Below, one piece after another: positions 21,518 through 27,236 of a stretch of 64,000 nt of DNA (the stretch's first letter is position 1; every line of letters starts with the position of its first letter). The DNA is from Patescibacteria group bacterium (GTDB lineage: Bacteria > Patescibacteriota > Patescibacteriia > Buchananbacterales > UBA6539). Both the position numbers and the translations under genes were made by a program. Location: NCBI GenBank assembly GCA_034003985.1, contig JAVEXP010000003.1, positions 122,643-186,642 on the forward strand. The letters run 5' to 3'. Below the pieces are notes generated by a model. That model was not told where the DNA came from, did no database searches, and saw nothing but the letters and a program-made list of their open reading frames with translations.

Positions 21518-22084
21518 TTAAATCTCTGGCAACCGTCGCCAGCCGGGGGGAAACTCGTCTCGGGTATTTTTGTAGAATACCCAACCCGTCCATGTTCCAT
21601 CTTCACGAAGAAGACGAAAATACGGGAAACTGCTTGCACAGTTAAACCCCCCCTGCATTTGTTTTTTTTGCCAGCCTTTATAGCCAGCTGGCGGCTTGGA
21701 TGGGGCAATTCCCTTAAACCGAACACCCCGGTTCAGACAAGCAGCACTGGTGAAAATCACCAAGCCGCTGTCAATATCCAAGCTGCCGGAACCTGGATCA
21801 ACCAAGACAGCTCCTTGAAAATCAGGATGCTTCTTGATAAACTCCGTTGCTCTTGATCGAGCTACCGAGGATCGGCCGGCAAAAAAAACAACCGGCATCC
21901 TCAACAAATTCAACTGCCCATTTTTTATCGGCAGCTGCTGACGGGAGATGACATCCATCTTTCTCCGGTCATCACCCAAAAGATAGGCCAAGCCGGAAAA
22001 GTTGGAAACACTTTCCACCTTACCGTGCCGGCGAAAAACAACACGGATTTCTTCTGCAGCTAAAAAATCTCTGGTGTCCATCAT
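21518..22084 (-). CDS. island gene G5, 188-aa hypothetical protein (possible Rossmann/PRTase-like VLVDPGSGS motif)
   Basis: AAGGAGA RBS. Start at MMDTRDF... Confidence 0.5.
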   Translation of the reverse strand: MMDTRDFLAAEEIRVVFRRHGKVESVSNFSGLAYLLGDDRRKMDVISRQQLPIKNGQLNLLRMPVVFFAGRSSVARSRATEFIKKHPDFQGAVLVDPGSGSLDIDSGLVIFTSAACLNRGVRFKGIAPSKPPAGYKGWQKKQMQGGFNCASSFPYFRLLREDGTWTGWVFYKNTRDEFPPGWRRLPEI

Positions 22085-22195
22085 CAGGGTCTCCTTTTTT
22101 ATTACTTCTCCCAATGAGTCCACCTGCGCTTTACAGACGAACTCAAGAAGGAGCAGTACCGATCAAACCTCGGTCGGCACTGCTGTCAGGAAACA

Positions 22196-22687
22196 TCACC
22201 ACGGACAAGCCGTGGTTTCCGTTCCCGGAATTATCGGCTCACTGCCCCAAACCAGGGCGTGGCCGTCCCAGAATTCCCTCGCTTTCCTTTCCGCTTCCTG
22301 CGGATTGGCTTGTTGAGAAAAAAATCTGGCATCCCACGGCTCCGGTTCGGGGCGTTTACCAACAAAAGCCGTACGGACTTCATACTTGTCATCGCCGATC
22401 TTCTTCAAAACGACGACAACGCTTGAACACGGCTTGGCTTGGCGGTTTTTAACAAACCGAGTTAGGCCCAAACGCTTTGGTCGCCGGGCATACACGATTT
22501 GGTCGCCGGGCTTGGTGGCGACGCAGACCGTCTGCCCGATTTTCCGGCCAAAATCAATTTCCTCAAGAAAAAACTGCCTGCCCAAGGAATCAACTTTTGC
22601 CAATGCCTCGCCAAGCAGCATCTGCACATCGCCATGCAAATGGCTGTCAGTGCGGTCACAGACCGCTTCGCCCGATTTGAGCATCAT
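22196..22687 (-). CDS. island gene G4, 163-aa hypothetical protein
   Basis: GGAGGG RBS 8 nt upstream of ATGATG (MMLKSGEAV...). Promoter/operator just upstream. Confidence 0.5.
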   Translation of the reverse strand: MMLKSGEAVCDRTDSHLHGDVQMLLGEALAKVDSLGRQFFLEEIDFGRKIGQTVCVATKPGDQIVYARRPKRLGLTRFVKNRQAKPCSSVVVVLKKIGDDKYEVRTAFVGKRPEPEPWDARFFSQQANPQEAERKAREFWDGHALVWGSEPIIPGTETTACPW

Positions 22688-22735
22688 TGCTAAAACCCTC
22701 CATGATTGTAATTTCCTCATTTTCCAGACAAATTT

Positions 22736-22758
22736 TCATTAATGAAAATCATTAATGA
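22736..22758. promoter_or_regulatory. tandem operator: two copies of the perfect 10-bp palindrome TCATTAATGA separated by AAA
   Basis: Lies 50-70 nt upstream of the G4 start, within a minus-strand TTGTCT...TACAAT promoter-like region. Flanked by ACAAATT/AATTTGT inverted repeats. Confidence 0.5.
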
Positions 22759-22794
22759 GAGGAGAGACAATTTGTCCAGAAAATGAAAAAACTG

Positions 22795-22868
22795 ATTCCT
22801 GTTTTGCCAGTCAAAATTTCACGGGCAAAATTGGAAGGAGGAGTCGCAAGCACCACTTGGACTCCTCC
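22795..22868 (+). repeat. structured repeat element, copy 3
   Basis: ATTCCTGTTTTGCC-15 nt-GGCAAAATTGGAA palindrome. Then GGAGGAGTC-14 nt-GACTCCTCC hairpin. Confidence 0.55.
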
Positions 22869-23023
22869 GCATTAACCTGATGGTTTATTTTCTGCCCTCA
22901 CATCTTTGGGCCGATATCACTTTGCAACATTTCAGTTGCCGGATTTGCCTATCGCACCGGTCCCAATCATTCAAGATTGGCGCTTCTGTTAAGGCCTGAG
23001 CTTGCCTTTGGTCACCACCAGTG

Positions 23024-24223
23024 CTACTGCACCGCGATGACCAAGCCAAGAGCGATGTCCTGGACATGCGTCCAGGCAATCGTCGCCCCGGCTCCTGGCT
23101 GAAATGTCGCGCAGGCGGCCGCGCGACCGTGGTAGGCCATGGCCAAACTGGCCATCAGCCAGTTCGGGCCGCGGCCCGACAGAACCACGACCGTTCCCAG
23201 CCCGACTTCGGGCGGGACGATCATGTCGAGGGCCGCGGGCGCCAGGGGGACGCTCGGGTCGAGCGCGAACTCAACCCGCACGCACCGGCGCTCGCCCAGC
23301 GCCGGCAGATCGCTGACGGTCCAGCCGCAGCCGGAACCGTCACCCGACGGGCTGGGGCAGCCCACGGCGATGTAGCCGTCGGGCGAGTTCACCCGCGCCG
23401 AGCGCGGGTGAACCTCGTGCACCAGCGCGGCAACGAGCCACGCCGGTGCGGCGCCGTCGATATCCACCACCTCGGGGAAGGTGGCGGACTGATTATGGAG
23501 CAACCCCGCGACACTCGCGAGGTCTACCCCCTCCCAGCAAAGTTGCTGCACAACCTTGCCGTTAGGGAGCGTCCGCTCCACCGCGTTTTTCCCCAGCGCT
23601 GCGGCCAGCGCCGGGATCGAAATTACATTTCCGTTGAGGAGCATACGCCCCTCCTTTCTTTCGTTGCGGCCGAGCTCGGGCCCAGCCAGACTCAAAATCA
23701 ATTCCGCCACGGCGACGATCGCCGGGCGGTCGTTGACACTCACCTCGCCCCGTTCGAGGTGGTGAACCACTCCTTCCAGCCGGGGCACGGTCTGCTGGAT
23801 GGAGTCGGCGGCGCCTTGATAATCACTGTCCAAGACAGCGACCACCTCAACGCCCAGTTGGGCTAGGAACGCCTCCCACTCGGGGACGGCATTCCGATCA
23901 CCCGCGAGAATGATCCCGTGAGTGATCCCTCCCTCCGAAACGATGCGAGCGTTTTCGGAGGAAGTCCGGCCGCCGATATCCACGAGGACAATCGGCGCCA
24001 GACTGCAGGAGGCGAGAGACTGGCAGTACCAGTCAACTATCTCCTGCGAGAAAGACCCTTTACGACGGTGCTTTTCAGCACCATTGCCGCGCCAGGTCCA
24101 GCTCCCTTCCCCGTCCGGGCAGGCCCGGAACAGGTAACGGGAACTTCTTGGCAGGTTCTCGCATAACCCGCCAAGAAATACGGACTTCCCACTGTGGGGA
24201 GGTCCGGCGACAACGATTTTCAT
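23024..24223 (-). CDS. island gene G3, very GC-rich P-loop NTPase (Walker A GPPHSGKS, DIGG Walker B/G3-like) with uncharacterised C-terminal half
   Basis: AAAGGAGG RBS 6 nt upstream of ATG (MKIVVAGPPHSGKSVF...). About 400 codons. Plus-strand ORFs over it are Arg-rich antisense shadows. Confidence 0.6.
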   Translation of the reverse strand: MKIVVAGPPHSGKSVFLGGLCENLPRSSRYLFRACPDGEGSWTWRGNGAEKHRRKGSFSQEIVDWYCQSLASCSLAPIVLVDIGGRTSSENARIVSEGGITHGIILAGDRNAVPEWEAFLAQLGVEVVAVLDSDYQGAADSIQQTVPRLEGVVHHLERGEVSVNDRPAIVAVAELILSLAGPELGRNERKEGRMLLNGNVISIPALAAALGKNAVERTLPNGKVVQQLCWEGVDLASVAGLLHNQSATFPEVVDIDGAAPAWLVAALVHEVHPRSARVNSPDGYIAVGCPSPSGDGSGCGWTVSDLPALGERRCVRVEFALDPSVPLAPAALDMIVPPEVGLGTVVVLSGRGPNWLMASLAMAYHGRAAACATFQPGAGATIAWTHVQDIALGLVIAVQ

Positions 24224-24296
24224 CGCTGCCTCCTTTCTCCCCGATTGGGGAGTTTTTATTTTTATGGAAACCAGCCGCCTCACATCAGCGTCCGGG

Positions 24297-24380
24297 AATT
24301 TCCCTCAGGACTTACCAACAGACAAACATATTGCTGATAAATCCAGTTGGGAGGAGGAACTACTGAACCACAGCCGTTCC
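24297..24380 (+). repeat. structured repeat element, copy 4 (diverged)
   Basis: TTCCCTCAGG...ACCAAC...GTTGGGAGGAGGAAC. Weaker hairpin GGAAC/GTTCC. Confidence 0.4.
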
Positions 24381-24623
24381 CCCAAATAACCAATGGCACC
24401 ACGCGGCGGTGCCACTATCACGATCGATTAACCCCCATCGATCAAAGGAGTATTCAGATTTACTCTCGAAAGAGAGAAGGCCTAACACACAAGGCCTTTT
24501 GCCAATGCTTTTACGCGGATGGCTGCTCTAATTACTAGAGCTTTACCGCAACTCGGATAATTTAATACCCGAGGCTATGATGGTACAAACCGCAAATACT
24601 TACACACGGTTTGTACCCCCCCA

Positions 24624-24833
24624 TCAAGGTCCCTCGATCAGTCGGCGAACCGACCGCTCAAGGGATCTTTTGATCCCCCACGAGATTTGGGCCCCCAGCA
24701 GGGAGCCCGCCTGGCAGGATACCTCAATATCGATTGGACCATCGAGGTATTCAATGGCGGCCAAAGCCGCCGGCAAGTCCTTCTTGTCGACGGCGGCTGT
24801 AAGCCGCCGAAATCCTTCTAACAATTCATCCAT
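24624..24833 (-). CDS. island gene G2, 69-aa hypothetical protein
   Basis: AAGGAGGA RBS 6 nt upstream of ATG. Followed 10 nt after its stop by a perfect 11-bp hairpin. Confidence 0.45.
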   Translation of the reverse strand: MDELLEGFRRLTAAVDKKDLPAALAAIEYLDGPIDIEVSCQAGSLLGAQISWGIKRSLERSVRRLIEGP

Positions 24834-24926
24834 GGCGTCCTCCTTTCATAGAGTTTCGGCTCGCCACGAGCCGCCCCCTAGGGGAAATTTCTTCTTTTCC
24901 CGCGCCGCACATTGGCTCGAGATTTT

Positions 24927-25001
24927 TTCCCTCAAGCCCCACAAGTACCATACTTGTGAAGCTAATTGGAAGGAGAAGCCGACAAAGCAGTCGGCTTCTC
25001 C
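24927..25001 (+). repeat. structured repeat element, copy 5
   Basis: TTCCCTCAAGCCCCACAAGTACCAT. Then CACAAGTA/TACTTGTG hairpin, TTGGAAGGAG box, and 12-bp hairpin GGAGAAGCCGAC/GTCGGCTTCTCC ending 8 nt from the G1 stop. Confidence 0.6.
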
Positions 25002-25009
25002 GTTATTAA

Positions 25010-25273
25010 TTAGTCGTACTTAACAACTGTTTCCATCTCTTCCGTATTTCTCGACTGACAATTCGGGCACATCGGCTTAAGTATTTTATGCGTCAGTTCC
25101 CCGCCGCAGTCGTCGCATTTGCCAACGGCATTTTCATCAAAGCCATCTCGGGGCAAAGCTTTTATTTTATCGCAATCAAGGCAATGATAATTATAGAATA
25201 AGGCACCATCGCCCAAATTGGACCTAAATTCATTTTGGCAATCATTGCACTTGCACATCACAATAATACCCAT
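25010..25273 (-). CDS. island gene G1, double zinc-ribbon small protein (four CxxC pairs)
   Basis: CKCNDC...CLDC...CDDC...CPNC in 87 aa. Confidence 0.55.
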   Translation of the reverse strand: MGIIVMCKCNDCQNEFRSNLGDGALFYNYHCLDCDKIKALPRDGFDENAVGKCDDCGGELTHKILKPMCPNCQSRNTEEMETVVKYD

Positions 25274-26345
25274 ACCTTAAATCATTATTAATTTCTTGTT
25301 TTTTGCTTTCTTAAAATTGTCAAAGTACTTCCTATTTTAGCTCCTCACCAGATGCTCCTAATACCTGGAGTAATTTCATTTCTCTTAAAATTATTTTTTC
25401 TAACTAGGATTGTTCTTTCCGCAAACCGGTGGTTAATCGGCCTACGGAAAACGTCAATCCCAACTAGGTTTGACGCTTGGCCCGGTCCAAAAAATTCAGA
25501 ATCAATACCTCACCCTTTAAGCGAAGCCTGATTAATCAAAAATTCTTAAACCGCTAGCGCTTGCTCATCGCCAAATTTTTGCCAAGTTGAGCATAGTTTG
25601 AAAGTCTATGCTGAAGACTAATTCTCTCCTCAAACATCAGACTTCAATTTAGACTATAATGAACATTTTTTCTCTCTTATTGAGAGAATGCTGCAGAAAA
25701 AGAAATTCTTGGCTTAGCTTTAGGCCTTTTTTTTATTTAGACAATGTTAATTTATGCCAGCCGCGCTTATTTTTTTTACCGCCGACCGCCTGGGCGCTAA
25801 AAACGCTTTTGGCAGTGTGGCATCTCTCCTCTTTCTGCAATATCTTCCCAACAAAAAATCCGCTTTTCGCGGAGAGTTACTTTGCTCATATGACATATGC
25901 TATAAGCTAACAAGTACTCTCTCCACTTAGTACTTCCTATATAATGTAATGTTCGGCTAGTGATTTTAACCACTGTCTCCGACCACCGTCACGGCCGGAT
26001 CACACTGATTACAATCTTTTGGGCTTAAAGAAGATTTACCAAGGTATATCTTTCTCCTCAATTAGCAGACCTTGATTAACCTTTACCTTTTTACTGCCCT
26101 TTTGATTAACCCCTCTTGCTGGTTGTCATTCTCCTCAAATGGCTTCCAGACTTGTTGGGGATGTGTTTTATAGAACCTTTTGTCAGCTTTTAAAACTTCT
26201 TGGTTTTTTAGCTTAACGAGTCATTATAGCATATCTTAAAAATACTGTCAAGTATTTGTGACAATAATTATTCATTAAATTGTATTTTAGCTAAAATAAG
26301 CTAGCTTAGTTTGGTAAATTTAGCTAAATATTTGTCATAAATTCT

Positions 26346-26378
26346 TGACAAAAAATTATAAAAGGTATATAATAATAA
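26346..26378 (+). promoter_or_regulatory. sigma70-like promoter for the TrmB-like regulator
   Basis: TTGACA-17-TATAAT. Confidence 0.5.
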
Positions 26379-26408
26379 TAGATAAATAAACAATTACCAA
26401 CTAATCAT

Positions 26409-27236
26409 ATGTACGAGCAACACCTCAAACAAGCCGGTTTGTCTAAAGAACAGGCGGAAATATATGAGCTGTTAATTAAAAAAGGCCCACAAAAAGCCGG
26501 CAAAATAAGCCAAAAAACCACGCTGAAGCGAGGCTTAGTCTACAAAATTCTTGAACAACTAGTGGATTTTGGCTTGGTTGAGAAAATAGAAAAGGAGGGT
26601 CAAATAGCAACTTTTATTCCGGCCCATCCCCTAAAGCTGAGAGAGCTGGCTCAAAAGCAGGAACAGCAGGCCAAAGACGCCCAGCTGGCCTTGGCTGGAG
26701 TTTTGCCTTCTATTATCTCTGACTTTAATTTGGTTTCAGGCAAGCCGGGCGTCCGATTTTTCGAGGGTGCAAGCGGCTTAAAACAAATTTATGACGATAT
26801 ATTGGCGACTCTGAAAAACAGCGAAACTTTTTATTTAATCCGGGCCGCTTATGAGCCAGTGTATAAAGAAAAAATGATCCCAATTATTGACGATTTTATT
26901 AAAAAAAGAGTGAAAAAAAACATTAATGTCGTCGCCTTAACTCCCGCCGACGAGCTGGCTGAAGAAAAAACAACGAATACCCAGGCGGACCAGGCAATTC
27001 TGTTTGACCGGACCTTGGTTGATAAAAAAAAATACTCCCAGCCGGTGGAAATTGACATATATGGTGATAAAATTGCCATGCTTTCTTTCGGCCAGGAATT
27101 AATCGGCACAATAATAGAAAGTCCCCAGATCTCTGGGGCTTTAAAAGAAATTTTTATTTTAGCTCAAAAAGGCGCCAAACTTAAGCCGCCGCTGGAAGAT
27201 CAAGGGCTTTATGATGGGATCCGTAATGTTCCTTAA
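26409..27236 (+). CDS. TrmB-family transcriptional regulator
   Basis: N-terminal wHTH (LSKEQAEIYELLIKKGPQKAGKISQKT...) with C-terminal TrmB-type effector domain. Confidence 0.7.
   Translation: MYEQHLKQAGLSKEQAEIYELLIKKGPQKAGKISQKTTLKRGLVYKILEQLVDFGLVEKIEKEGQIATFIPAHPLKLRELAQKQEQQAKDAQLALAGVLPSIISDFNLVSGKPGVRFFEGASGLKQIYDDILATLKNSETFYLIRAAYEPVYKEKMIPIIDDFIKKRVKKNINVVALTPADELAEEKTTNTQADQAILFDRTLVDKKKYSQPVEIDIYGDKIAMLSFGQELIGTIIESPQISGALKEIFILAQKGAKLKPPLEDQGLYDGIRNVP

Noticed and set aside
23021-24366. Long plus-strand ORFs (281 aa, 70-82 aa) over the GC-rich block
   Set aside because: They are Arg/Pro/Gly-rich, lack RBSs, and are antisense to a minus-strand ORF with a Walker A motif and a strong RBS. 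They are typical antisense shadow ORFs of high-GC DNA.
20930-24983. The TTGGAAGGAGGA boxes as Shine-Dalgarno sites for plus-strand genes
   Set aside because: No ATG/GTG/TTG start lies 4-12 nt downstream of any copy. The plus-strand ORFs there (for example 20913-21101 and 21385-21645) are short and overlapping, and their shared SWKEEH peptide is just the translated repeat. The minus-strand genes have their own RBSs.
20888-25001. CRISPR array as an explanation of the five TTGGAAGGAGGA-containing repeats
   Set aside because: Spacing is irregular (about 0.5-1.5 kb) with whole genes between copies. The copies are imperfect and of different lengths, with no regular repeat-spacer periodicity and no cas genes.
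20262-25300. Retron or diversity-generating retroelement
   Set aside because: No reverse transcriptase ORF on either strand. The repeats are short structured elements, not TR/VR pairs with adenine-specific differences.
25659-25910. 83-aa ORF in the 1.1-kb gene-free tract
   Set aside because: Cys/Leu/Phe-rich low-complexity translation, no RBS, AT-rich with atypical codon usage. Probably non-coding.
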